From Lepidodermella squamata (Eukaryota; Animalia; Gastrotricha), in contig JBLDXI010000003.1 in assembly GCA_047495785.1 (NCBI GenBank), positions 1,612,001 through 1,676,000 of the forward strand: a stretch of DNA of 64,000 nucleotides. The letters are read 5' to 3'. Positions 1-10,695 of the stretch are shown here, in pieces (within the stretch, counting starts at the first letter, position 1; each line of letters opens with the position of its first letter). The notes beneath the pieces were generated by a model, which was not told where the DNA came from, did not search any database, and saw only the letters and a list, made by a program, of their open reading frames with translations. The translations under genes were made by a program, and so were the position numbers.

Positions 1-1
1 C

Positions 2-2041
2 CTCGTAAACTACGCGCGATCGTTTAGAGATAAATCCTCAGTTGTTCAATCACCCGTGACAATAGGGCCGGCTTCATCGATCGGTTGCATTCCTTACGCC
101 TCGACCTTGCACCATCTTCACATGGTATCTTTAACTGTTGGCTGCTCATCTCCAGTCTTTGAGGCGAATCGGAAAGATTTCCCGAATATCTATCGGATGA
201 ATACCCCGGGTGGTGTCTTAGTCAGATCTTGGCTGTATGCCATAAAAAACGTCTTCACTTGGAAACAAGTCGGCCTAATCACTTCGACGCGCACTCTCGA
301 TTTTCAACTAGCAAAGAGCTTCTACGAATTTAGTCTCCGGAATGGCATCAAGGTTCCTTGGTTTGACTCATTCGACTCTGAAGTCAGCGACGAAATGATG
401 ATATCGCTGAAGAGAAGCTACGTTCGAATCATTGTAGTCTCCCTCGGTAGATGGTTTTCCAATGTCGAGTTCCTATGCGCCGCTTACAGGTTTGGTATCA
501 CTGGGCCAAAATATGTATTCGTAACTTACGCAGCTGCTTTTAAAGACCCTCGAACCTTATCTAGAATAATTGATGCAGGTGAGAATTGCACCCGGGATGT
601 TATCATCGAACAGACCAAGTACTCAGTTTTCATTGGATCGCCTCAAGATAACGCTCCAACTTCAACTCAAACAATTTTAGGGTACGATGTTCAACAGTTT
701 GATAGAATGTTCGAAGACTTCACTGCACGCAGTTTTCGCAGCCCTTCATCACGTGAGTATGCTTGCCACGACATCGCCTTACAAGCCATTTTAGTGCTGA
801 ATAATTCGGAGAAAGCTCTCTCTGAACTGAACATGACACTTTCTGACTTCCGAGAACATCCTAGAATCATTAGCTCTATAGCCAACCAAAGTGCAATGTC
901 CACTGAGTTTTACAGCCTAAGAAACGGATTGGAAAGGTTCTCTCAAAGACTGGAAATGGATAGCTATCCCAACTATATAATGACTTGGTCTATTTGGAGG
1001 AATTTGATGGTGAATAACTATAAAATAGTCACCGGAGCCAACGTTTCGAATCTAAATAGCTACTCAGTGGCGTTGGACAAGGCATTGATTAAATGGTTCA
1101 CGAAGGACTCGCAAATCCCTGCAGATAAGCCTGAGCTTATTAGAATTTTGAATGATATCGAACCGATTACTACAATAGTGATCATTTCTCTCAATAGCAT
1201 AATTTTTCTAGTTCAGTTTTTCGGGTTTATAAAGCTGAAAACTAGGTCCAAGCTTTCAAAGGTCCAAAACCTTATGGCACTAGGATATTTCAGCCTTGAA
1301 TCTGCATCGGCTTGTTTTGCCTGTAGCTTGGAAATCAGTACCGAATACGTGAATTTCGGTATTTTCCATGCTAGAATCCTCATCATGGTGATCGGCCTAA
1401 CCCTTATTCATGGTGTTCTATTCACGAAGTTAATGATGTTCCGCAAAATTCTACAGAAACATCTGACATACGTGCAAAATGCAGTTGTTAAACCGGAAAA
1501 TAGATACTCATCTTCATCTTCGTCAAGACGTTCATCCACCGTTCAGCTCGAAAGGATCTATCCTCAATCATTGGCTGAACATCACGACAAGTTGAGTTGT
1601 TACCTAGCGACAGCTTGGGCAATTTTCAATACAGCTATTGTTACATGTTGGTTCGCTTTTGACCCGATAGAGCTCAAGTCTGGCATTGCTTCAGAGAATT
1701 ATAATGAAGAAATGGATACTTTCTATATCTATGAGGAGGCGCAATTTTCCTCAAACTATGGTATGATCTGGATCGCAATTTTTTCAGGGAGCCAAGGTAT
1801 TGTGTTGATTTTGAGCGCTTTCTTATCTTACTCGCTGCGTTCTGTAACACGAGTTATGAATTGCTCGCAAGAATTGCCCGAGCTAGTTGGATTCAGAGTA
1901 GCCGCGTTAATTGCTATTACATCATTTTTCGGCACTGGGCTCGCGCTATTCGCTTTATCCAACCGTCCAGCTGCAATGAATCTGGTCTTGTCGCTTGCCC
2001 TTCTGTTTCATGGGACGCATCTACCCTTGCTGAGAACGTGA
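2..2041 (+). CDS. Class C GPCR, GABA-B-receptor-like (Venus flytrap + 7TM), paralog 1; 5' end outside window
   Basis: Frame is open from base 2 (LVNYARSF...). VFT motifs: GCSSP...RKDFPNIYR, W.QVGLIT, FLCAAYRFGITGPKYVF. GABA-B-type stalk IKW...IPAD with no Cys-rich domain. TM3 ARILIMVIGLTLIHGVLFTK, TM4 ending W..FDP, TM5 ending SYSLR. Intronless. TM7 end diverges from the paralogs. Confidence 0.88.
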   Translation, partial: LVNYARSFRDKSSVVQSPVTIGPASSIGCIPYASTLHHLHMVSLTVGCSSPVFEANRKDFPNIYRMNTPGGVLVRSWLYAIKNVFTWKQVGLITSTRTLDFQLAKSFYEFSLRNGIKVPWFDSFDSEVSDEMMISLKRSYVRIIVVSLGRWFSNVEFLCAAYRFGITGPKYVFVTYAAAFKDPRTLSRIIDAGENCTRDVIIEQTKYSVFIGSPQDNAPTSTQTILGYDVQQFDRMFEDFTARSFRSPSSREYACHDIALQAILVLNNSEKALSELNMTLSDFREHPRIISSIANQSAMSTEFYSLRNGLERFSQRLEMDSYPNYIMTWSIWRNLMVNNYKIVTGANVSNLNSYSVALDKALIKWFTKDSQIPADKPELIRILNDIEPITTIVIISLNSIIFLVQFFGFIKLKTRSKLSKVQNLMALGYFSLESASACFACSLEISTEYVNFGIFHARILIMVIGLTLIHGVLFTKLMMFRKILQKHLTYVQNAVVKPENRYSSSSSSRRSSTVQLERIYPQSLAEHHDKLSCYLATAWAIFNTAIVTCWFAFDPIELKSGIASENYNEEMDTFYIYEEAQFSSNYGMIWIAIFSGSQGIVLILSAFLSYSLRSVTRVMNCSQELPELVGFRVAALIAITSFFGTGLALFALSNRPAAMNLVLSLALLFHGTHLPLLRT

Positions 2042-2099
2042 TAGGCTGGTCAACTTGGAAGTCATTCCATCTTAGGAACTGAGTCCTATTTCATTTTTT

Positions 2100-2442
2100 G
2101 TACGCGCCATTAAAAAGGAAGATAACAAGCCACATTTGATTCTTCTCAAGTTGCGAAGTTTCAAGACAGGGAGAGACGGATATGTATGCTCGAATGTCTA
2201 AAAATGTATGCTGCGCCCACCCAGTTCTTAATGCCGTCGAGCTCGAAACGGAAAACGTGGGATTAATTTTCAGAATGTACTAAAACGCTAAAATCGCTGG
2301 CACCCCACAATCACGTTAGAACAATGCGTAATTACTGCGGAAAACATTCAGCCGAAAGACACGAACCCCGAGTATAAGTACGTCCACTCACGTTACTCTC
2401 CAAACAAATACAGTCTGAAATAAAATAAAATCATAAACGAGA
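2100..2442 (+). promoter_or_regulatory. Conserved upstream block of GPCR paralog 2 (homologous to 7350-7734)
   Basis: Collinear similarity to the DNA upstream of paralog 3 (gcgcc.ttaaaa.ggaagataacaa, gtcgagctc.aaac, tggcaccc.acaat, cagccgaaagac). Regulatory role is inferred from position. Confidence 0.55.
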
Positions 2443-4752
2443 ATGTTTCTGCCAATTATCATCATGTTATTCATACTTAGTTTTAACGGGTCCGAAGCAG
2501 CCAATAAGTCTGAAACCATTTCTATACTGGCCATGATTGCTGCTACAGGATTCGAGCCAAATACCGACAAACAGTGCTCTGCTGCCTTTCAATTCGTCGC
2601 CGATTTTGTTAACAATAGAACGGACATTCTAGCCAAGTACCGGATTCGGCTTGACATCAAGGACGAAACTTTCAACTCGAATATGGCGCCGAAGAATCTA
2701 GTCAGCTATGCCCGATCTTTCGAGTCGAAGCAAGCCTTTCTTCAATCCCCAATCACACTTGGGCCAGGTTCATCTATCGGCTGCATTCCTTACGCTTCAA
2801 CGTTGCCTCATCTAAACATGGCCTCGGTAACATTGGGATGTGCTTCTCCCGTAATCGAAGCAAATCGAAAAGACTTCCCGAATCTGTACCGACTGAATAA
2901 CCCTGGCAATGTCATAGCAATGGCGTGGCTCTACTTCGTTAAACACGTACAAAAGTGGCGAAACGTTGGGCTTATCACTTGTACTCGCGCTCTTGACTTT
3001 CAACTAGCGAAAAGCTTCTACGAGGGTAGCTTAAAGAATGGTTTAAAAGTTCCTTGGTTTGATTCCTTCGACACCGACGTCAGTGACGATATGATGATAT
3101 CACTCAAGAAAAGCAACGTTCGAGTAATTGTAGTCTCCTTAGGCCGATGGTTCAACAATGTCGAATTCCTTTGTGCTGCGTACAGGTTCGGAATAACTGG
3201 GCCGAAATATGTCTTTGTAACGTATGCCACCGCTTTTCGTGATCCACTTACATTTCCACCAGTAATAAATGCCAAGACCAATTGCACTCGAGCCATGATT
3301 ATTGAGCAGACGAAGTATGCGGTTTTCATTGGACTGTCTCTAGACATATTTCCAAGCTTGGCGGCAACCAGTCTCGGATACAATTTGGCCGAATTTGAGC
3401 AGATCTATGAACAATACGCTGGCTTTTCGTTTCGTAACTTTTCGGACAACGCGAGATTTCTTGCTTGCCATGATTTAGCTCTTCAAGGTATTTTAGCTCT
3501 AAACAACACCGAAGCTATTTTGTCAAAGCAGAACATGACTCTGTCCGATTTCGCGTCTGATCCCAGGAAAGTAGGTTTGATAGCAAACCAAAGCGTAGGA
3601 CAAACACCATTCTACGGATTGCGTAATGGCCTAGAGAAGTTTTCGTCCAGGCTAGAGATGGATAGCTACCCAAATTTTGTCATGACCTGGTCAGCCAACA
3701 AATTTGTGTCTACACACAACAAAATAATAGCTGGGGATGATATGAGTAATCTCAGCTCCTATTCGATACTCTCAGTCAATTCACAGATTTTGATGTTGAA
3801 TATCAGTGACATGGCAAAATTCCTCCACATGTCGAAGGATGTCGACTTTGGGACCAGTGTGGCTGTGATAGTATTTGCCAGCCTACTTATACTGATAAAG
3901 AGTACCATTGTCTTGAAAGGGCTCTTGAGATCTGGCTTTTCTAAATCCAAACTTATCATCGCAGTTGGATGCGTACTCCTTGAGTTCTCCTCTGCATGTT
4001 TCGCTGTTGGGATAATCGATGATAAAGAAGACAGCCCCGCAAACTTTCACATACACAGAGCCAGACTCATCATTTTTGTAATCGGGCTGGCACTTCTGCA
4101 CGGAATTCTATTCACCGAACTTTTTTCGTTCCATAAAGCTATCATTGCGAAATTGGGCAAGCGTGTCAGAACTTTTGGGAGCGGAAAAAGCCAGTATGAA
4201 TCCGCGATTCGACCAGTTAGCCCAATGATTGGCACAGGAAAGCTTCTTTACTCAATTTCATTGGGGGAGAGACATGAAAATGTCAGCTACCTAACGACGA
4301 TTTGCTGGGCTTTTTTCAACGCAATCTTCATGGTTGTTTGGTTTGTCAGCGATCCGATCTTGTTGTATCAGCGTGTTGTCTCGGAATACTACGATGAAGT
4401 CATTGATACCTTCTTCACGATTGAAGAAGCATCCTACGCCTCCAATTTCAATGTTGTATGGGTTGGAATTTTATTGGGATTTCATGGCATTACTCTCTTG
4501 AGCTGCACCTTTCTCTCATACTCTCTGAGAACTGCAGCAAAGTCTTCAATGTCAGCTAAGGATACATTGGACTTAGAGCCATTTCGACGAGCATCGTTCA
4601 TAGCACTGACTTCCTTTGTCGGCACAACCTTGATTCTCGTTGGTGTGGCTAGCTATCCATCGTCACAGAATTTGGTAATGTCTATCGCACTGCTTTTCCA
4701 TTCGACAAGCACTTTCTGTGTGGTTTATGCTCACGTTTTCAAGTTACGTTGA
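2443..4752 (+). CDS. Class C GPCR, GABA-B-receptor-like, paralog 2 (769 aa, intronless)
   Basis: Signal peptide MFLPIIIMLFILSFNGSEA; VFT start VNNRTDILAKYRIRL; seven hydrophobic segments; almost no cytoplasmic tail. Confidence 0.9.
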   Translation: MFLPIIIMLFILSFNGSEAANKSETISILAMIAATGFEPNTDKQCSAAFQFVADFVNNRTDILAKYRIRLDIKDETFNSNMAPKNLVSYARSFESKQAFLQSPITLGPGSSIGCIPYASTLPHLNMASVTLGCASPVIEANRKDFPNLYRLNNPGNVIAMAWLYFVKHVQKWRNVGLITCTRALDFQLAKSFYEGSLKNGLKVPWFDSFDTDVSDDMMISLKKSNVRVIVVSLGRWFNNVEFLCAAYRFGITGPKYVFVTYATAFRDPLTFPPVINAKTNCTRAMIIEQTKYAVFIGLSLDIFPSLAATSLGYNLAEFEQIYEQYAGFSFRNFSDNARFLACHDLALQGILALNNTEAILSKQNMTLSDFASDPRKVGLIANQSVGQTPFYGLRNGLEKFSSRLEMDSYPNFVMTWSANKFVSTHNKIIAGDDMSNLSSYSILSVNSQILMLNISDMAKFLHMSKDVDFGTSVAVIVFASLLILIKSTIVLKGLLRSGFSKSKLIIAVGCVLLEFSSACFAVGIIDDKEDSPANFHIHRARLIIFVIGLALLHGILFTELFSFHKAIIAKLGKRVRTFGSGKSQYESAIRPVSPMIGTGKLLYSISLGERHENVSYLTTICWAFFNAIFMVVWFVSDPILLYQRVVSEYYDEVIDTFFTIEEASYASNFNVVWVGILLGFHGITLLSCTFLSYSLRTAAKSSMSAKDTLDLEPFRRASFIALTSFVGTTLILVGVASYPSSQNLVMSIALLFHSTSTFCVVYAHVFKLR

Positions 4753-7349
4753 ACCATGAGCTCATAATATGCGAGGAATAAGTATCTTGTCCATTCTAAT
4801 CCATTAATTTCGAGAACGATCGAATGGCGTGGTTGTTAAACTTAAATTTTGTAATATTCGTCGAGTTTAATATTCAACAAGGATGGATATTGACATGTAG
4901 TTCATCGGGTTTTCCGTAAAAACATTTAATAAGGTGGTAAATCTTTACATGTTGCAATAAAAACTTCAAAATTATATAAGCTGTTCAGCCTCCGCGATTT
5001 TTATAATTACCTGCATACTGGCGCCGTCGTTCACAAATTATTTTTACAAAATTGTTCTTATTTCAGACAATGGTCACCATCCTTAAAAATCATTCAAGAA
5101 CGCTGAAAACAGGTCTATAGTGTAACCTTTTGAGCCGCACATTTTGGTCAATTTTCAGATTTTTTTCAAGTCTAACTGGCCTAGATTCGGGTTCAATCGT
5201 TTCAAATATAGGGCAGTGCCTTCTAATTAGGATTTTACGGTAATCTAACTCTATGGCTGTAGAGGAAGTATCAACATGCTTTCGCAAAAATAGTTGAGCC
5301 ACGACAAAACTGAGTGAACTAACCCAACAAAAGTGCATTGAGGAAATCAACCGTAGTATAACCGTAGAAATTACAGTAGTTTTACCGTAGTACTACAGTA
5401 GCACTCGCTTTCCACCAAAAAAATTACTACGGTAAAAAAGAAAATTACAATAACCAAAAATTAGTGAGCGCCCAAGCCGAGTCGAACCAACGCATTCGAT
5501 CAGAACACAGAAATCAATGCATACCACCTATCGACTTCACCACACTGCTTTACAAAATGTTAGCCAAATAACAGGCTTATAGGGATTGTGATTTTGGGCT
5601 GGTTTTGCGGGCAGTTTTCGCGGCTAAGGAATCGGTATTCCGGAATGAAAACTTGACAGCGGGATAGAGCGCCTTGCCCTTCATAACTCGTGCTAATATG
5701 ACGCCCGGGCGAGCCAAGTTCTGACCGTAATGACGCGACAAAAGTGCGTGAAATGCGCAATTTTTGGAATATTTTGGTCAATGGAAGACAGGAATTTTAA
5801 GTTGTTCCAGGTTGATAAAGTATATTTTGCGACGTCTTACTGTCCCGAAGTCAATCCAATATTTACGTTTCCTTTTTACGTGTCACCATCAAATTCGAAA
5901 CAATTTTTACCGTAGTCGTGAATGTACTTTTTCCGTAGTGCTGCCATACTGCTACTGAAAATCTAGGGTAGCATTCGTAATAAGCGCATTACGCAACATT
6001 GAGGGAAATAAGAATACCGAACCCTCTGATGATTTGCAACAGAGGACCGAATCCAGGCAAAGAGGATGAAAGCGTTCAATGTCGGGGGAAAAGCCTTAAA
6101 AGCTGTTGTCTATCATTGAGATTTTGAGATTTGAGATTATTACTCGACATAAGGGGCTCTTCCGAAGTCTTCAATATACGACATTTAATTCAATATTCGC
6201 TTATGATCTCCAAGTACTCCTTCCATTTCACAAAAAACTAACATAGATACATCAGGAGGAATCTTCGGGAGGCGATTCGATCTCTAAGAAGTAAAGTTAG
6301 GATCGCAACTTCCGCCATCTCATACAGAATTTTCGTCATGAAGAGAAACGATGCTATTCAACAAGCCTGAATAATGTTCTAATGCATCTCCGCTACGATC
6401 CAGCTAAAATCTTTCGCCCAAATTTAGGGTAACAAGCCTTGCTATTCTGCGTTTGTGGATTTATGGTTTATTTTGAAATTCGTTGATTTCTATACATTGA
6501 AAGCTTCCAAAGTTTTATATTATCTTCTTAATACTACCTAGAAAAAAATGGACCAATTGAATATGGGCCATGAAGTTCCTAAATGTCTTAATTCAATTGG
6601 CCATGACAATGTGGATAGAAACAAATGCTAGCGATCAGGCATGCGACTGACTTGGCGAAGATGCAAAAAGCTAGTTTTACGCCTTTAGTTTCTATTTCTG
6701 GCACACTGTTATGGCGTGCAAGTCGCGATATATTATGTGCAAAATGCGATGTTAGAGTGGAGCATTGGATCCTTGTCATCTTTCTTCATTTTCTTCATCT
6801 CAGAAAATGTGGTCTATAACAGTCTCCACCTACGTTAGTTTCAAAGTGCTCATTTTGCTAGGTGATTTATTGATAAAAGAGAACAAAGTCTGTTTCGTAA
6901 TGTCTCTTATTAAGCACGCCCACCTGGTAATTTAATCGGCTCTATTAGGTTTCTGAACATTAAATTCAATAATATGGCTGGAATTTCCCAACTGTTCTGC
7001 GGAAACAATTCAGTGGAAAGTCGTAGCCTCCGTTAACACTTTCTGCCAAAAATAAACAGTGAGATCCGATATTTGGATCCAATTTTTGGAGCTGGTTCTT
7101 GCATCATGAAGTTTGAAGCAGCTCTTAATGGGTCTACAAAAAATAACTATGAAGTACTGTCATAATTTTGGATGAGAGCCAAAGAATTGGCCCAATTATT
7201 ATACCCAGATTTTAGTGCAGCAATCGAAATTTCCCAGTTTTGCACTTCTGTTCCATTCGACCTCAGTTATCGCTGGTGCTCAGTAATTCATGTTTGGATG
7301 ACTTTGGAAATTGAAAATGATTTGGCTTTGTGAAATTCGTCCAATTTTC

Positions 7350-7734
7350 ATGCGCCGTTAAAACGGAAGATAACAACTCACGCTGGTTTCATCTCAAGTT
7401 ACAAATTTACATGGCATGGAAGTAAGACATGGGAGTTCGATTGTCTGAAATGTATGTTGCGCGCACTAGGAAGTTACTCCGGTCGAGCTCAAACCGGATT
7501 ACGGAGGTTTAATTATCAGAATTTACAAAAGCGCAATACTGTGTCTGGCACCCTACAATTATGCGTGAAGAATGTGTACTGCGGAAAACGTACAGCCGAA
7601 AGACGCGACCTCCATTAAGCGATGACTGACTTCCGCCTGTATGCTAATGCAATCTGACAAATGTGTCACAGATTCCCACGCGATTCACTCCGAACAAAAA
7701 CAGTTTGAAAATAATAAAAAAATCACAAACGAGA
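7350..7734 (+). promoter_or_regulatory. Conserved upstream block of GPCR paralog 3
   Basis: Diverged direct copy of 2100-2442; marks the duplicated unit. Confidence 0.55.
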
Positions 7735-10041
7735 ATGTTTCTGTCGATGATCACCGTGTTATTCACACTTGGCTTCAACGGTTCCGAAGCCAATAAGTCT
7801 GAAACAATTTCTATACTGGCATTAGTGTCATATACGGGACTAGAGCCAAGTACCGACAAAGCTTGCGCTGCTGGATTTCAGTTTCTTGTCGACCTGGTTA
7901 ATACTAGATCAGACATCTTGCCGACGTACCGCATTTCTCTCGATATTAGGGACGAAACTGCCAGCTCGAATATGGCGACGAAGCATCTAGTCGACTATGC
8001 AAGATCGTTCGAAACGAAGCGAAACGTTCTTCAATCTCCCGTGACATTTGGGCCAAGTTCATCTATCGGCTGCGTGCCACACTCATTTACTTTACCCTAT
8101 CTGAACATGGTCTCGCTAACAATGGGATGTGCTTCCCCGGTTTTCGAGGCAAACAGGAAAGTCTACCCGAATCTATACCGAATGGCTAACCCAGGCAATG
8201 TCATAGCAATGGCATGGCTCTACTATGTGAAACACGTTCAAAAATGGAAAAACGTTGGGCTTATCACTTGTACTCGCGCTCTTGACTTTCAACTAGCGAA
8301 AAGCTTCTATGAGGGTAGCTTAAAGAATGGTTTAAAAGTTCCTTGGTTTGATTCCTTCGACACCGACGTCAGTGACGATATGATGATATCACTCAAGAAA
8401 AGCAACGTTCGAGTAATTGTAGTCTCCTTAGGCCGATGGTTCAACAATGTCGAATTCCTTTGTGCTGCGTACAGGTTCGGAATAACAGGGCCTAAATATG
8501 TCTTTGTAACATATGCCGTTGCTTTTCGGGACCCACTCACTTACCCATCAGTAATCAATGCTAAGACCAATTGCACACGAGCCATGATTATTGAGCAGAC
8601 AAAGTATGGTGTTTACATCGGAGCACCACAAGACATATTCCCTAGCTCGGCCGTAACTAGTCTCGGTTACAATTTTACAGAGTTTGAGCAGAACTATGAA
8701 AAATTCGTTGGCTTTTCGTTTCGTAACTATTCGGACAATACGAGGTTTCTTGGTTGCCATGACATAGCCCTTCAAGCTGTTCTTGCTCTAAATAACACTG
8801 AAGCTATGTTGTCGTCGGAGAACATGACCTTATCGGATTTTACGACTAACCCCAGAAAGGTTGGCCTGATAGCAAACCAAAGCGTTGCTCTCACACCATT
8901 TTATGGATTGCGCAATGGTCTGGAGAAGTATTCGTACAGGCTAGAAATGGATAGCTATCCAAATTACGTCATGACCTGGTCAGCCAACAAATTTTTGGTG
9001 CATCACAACAAAATAATAGCCGGGGACGATATGTCAAATCTCAGCTCCTATTCAATATTCCCAGTCAAGTCGCCGATTTTAATATTGAATATTAGTGACA
9101 TGGCAAAATATGTCCGCATATCCAAGGATGTCGACTTTGGGACGAGTGTGGCTGTGATAGTACTTGCCAGCCTACTAATATTTCTAAAGACCACCATTGC
9201 TTTGAAAGCGCTCTTGAGATCCAGTTTCTCAAAATCCAATCTTATTATCGCAGTCGGATGTGTACTCATGGAATTTTCTTCTGCATGTTTCGCTGTTGGA
9301 ATAATCGATGAGAAGGAGGACAGCCCCGCAAACTTTCACATACACAGAGCCAGACTCTTCCTTCTTGTAATCGGCCTTGCACTTCTGCACGGAATTCTAT
9401 TCACCGAACTTTTTTCGTACCATAAAGCTGTCATTGCGAAATTGGGTAAGGCTGTCAAGATTTGTGTAAGCGGAAAAAGCCAGTATAATTCAGCGATTCG
9501 AGCAGTTAGCCCAATGATTGGCACACCAAAGCTTCTTTATACAATTTCCTTGGGAGAGAGGCATACAAATTTGAGTTGCTTAACGACGATTTGTTGGACT
9601 TTTTTCAACGCAATCTTCATGGTTGTTTGGTTTGTCAGCGATCCGATCTTGCTGTATCAGCGTGTTGTCTCTGAATACTACGATGAAGTCATAGATACTT
9701 TCTTCACAGTTGAGGAAGCATCCTACGCCTCCAATTTCAATGTTGTATGGGTTGGAATTTTATTGGGATTTCATGGCATTATTCTCATAAGCTGCGCCTT
9801 ACTGGCATACTCTCTGAGAGTTGCATCGAAGTCTATGATTTCAGCTAAGGAAACGTCGGACTTGGACCCATTGAGACGTGCGGCTTTCATTGCAGTGACT
9901 TCTCTCGTTGGTACAACCTTGATTCTCGTAGGAGTGGCTAACTATCCATCGTCACAGAATTTGGTCGCATCTATCGCATTGCTTTTCCACTCGACGAGCA
10001 TTTTCTGCGTGATTATGGCTCATGATTTGAGATTTCGCTGA
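7735..10041 (+). CDS. Class C GPCR, GABA-B-receptor-like, paralog 3 (768 aa, intronless)
   Basis: Close paralog of 2443-4752. Start set at ATG 7735 (same aaacgagaATGttt context as paralog 2) rather than the ORF-track start 7663. Confidence 0.9.
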   Translation: MFLSMITVLFTLGFNGSEANKSETISILALVSYTGLEPSTDKACAAGFQFLVDLVNTRSDILPTYRISLDIRDETASSNMATKHLVDYARSFETKRNVLQSPVTFGPSSSIGCVPHSFTLPYLNMVSLTMGCASPVFEANRKVYPNLYRMANPGNVIAMAWLYYVKHVQKWKNVGLITCTRALDFQLAKSFYEGSLKNGLKVPWFDSFDTDVSDDMMISLKKSNVRVIVVSLGRWFNNVEFLCAAYRFGITGPKYVFVTYAVAFRDPLTYPSVINAKTNCTRAMIIEQTKYGVYIGAPQDIFPSSAVTSLGYNFTEFEQNYEKFVGFSFRNYSDNTRFLGCHDIALQAVLALNNTEAMLSSENMTLSDFTTNPRKVGLIANQSVALTPFYGLRNGLEKYSYRLEMDSYPNYVMTWSANKFLVHHNKIIAGDDMSNLSSYSIFPVKSPILILNISDMAKYVRISKDVDFGTSVAVIVLASLLIFLKTTIALKALLRSSFSKSNLIIAVGCVLMEFSSACFAVGIIDEKEDSPANFHIHRARLFLLVIGLALLHGILFTELFSYHKAVIAKLGKAVKICVSGKSQYNSAIRAVSPMIGTPKLLYTISLGERHTNLSCLTTICWTFFNAIFMVVWFVSDPILLYQRVVSEYYDEVIDTFFTVEEASYASNFNVVWVGILLGFHGIILISCALLAYSLRVASKSMISAKETSDLDPLRRAAFIAVTSLVGTTLILVGVANYPSSQNLVASIALLFHSTSIFCVIMAHDLRFR

Positions 10042-10695
10042 ATTACGAGCTCACAAAATGCTGTTTAACATATTATCCATAGATCATTTAATAGTAATTT
10101 ATTCCTCGCAAGGAAATCTACCATTAATTATACAGCTCGTGGCTAGAAATATTCGTTTCGATAGCATCTTGTCACATGTTTCAAACGCCATGTAAATGGA
10201 GAGGTGGTTGTAGATTGGCAACTTATACTCGCTGTTATATTCGTATTATGACGTGAAAAAAACAATCAGTCTTTTCCATTTTAATCTCTGCATACTCTCA
10301 ATTAAGTTTCAATTAGACGTCGCAAGTTCATGATCTTGTTGGGATTGCCTTCTCCGGGCGTTCCTGCCGCTTTGGAGACGAAAATCGAGATCTCTCCCCG
10401 CTAATGTATTTTTTAGAGGCGTGGAAATTGTGAAGTTTAGTTTCCTAAGTGGGTATACAACTTTTGACGAAAATTTTACCTGTTAGGCAATAAGCGGCAT
10501 ATTTATTGACAGCTCATAATGTTAAGCGCTAAGTCATTAGCTTATACACTTGATTGAATTCCCTTAATTGGCGATATCAGGAATAAAAAATTTCTCTAGA
10601 ATCGATGCGAACGAAGTGCTCGTGATTTTTATTTCAAAAATGTACTCAGCAGTAATCAATAAGACTGCTTGTGCAACACATAGCACATAATTAAC

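Noticed and set aside
5351-5960. ccgtag/actac-rich patches, also at ~20620-20700 and ~21530-21620, suggesting another transposon family
   Set aside because: Likely degenerate subterminal repeats, but I could not define ends or target duplications.
7663-7734. 24-aa N-terminal extension of GPCR paralog 3 in the ORF track
   Set aside because: It starts at a non-ATG codon; paralog 2 alignment and the signal peptide place the start at 7735.
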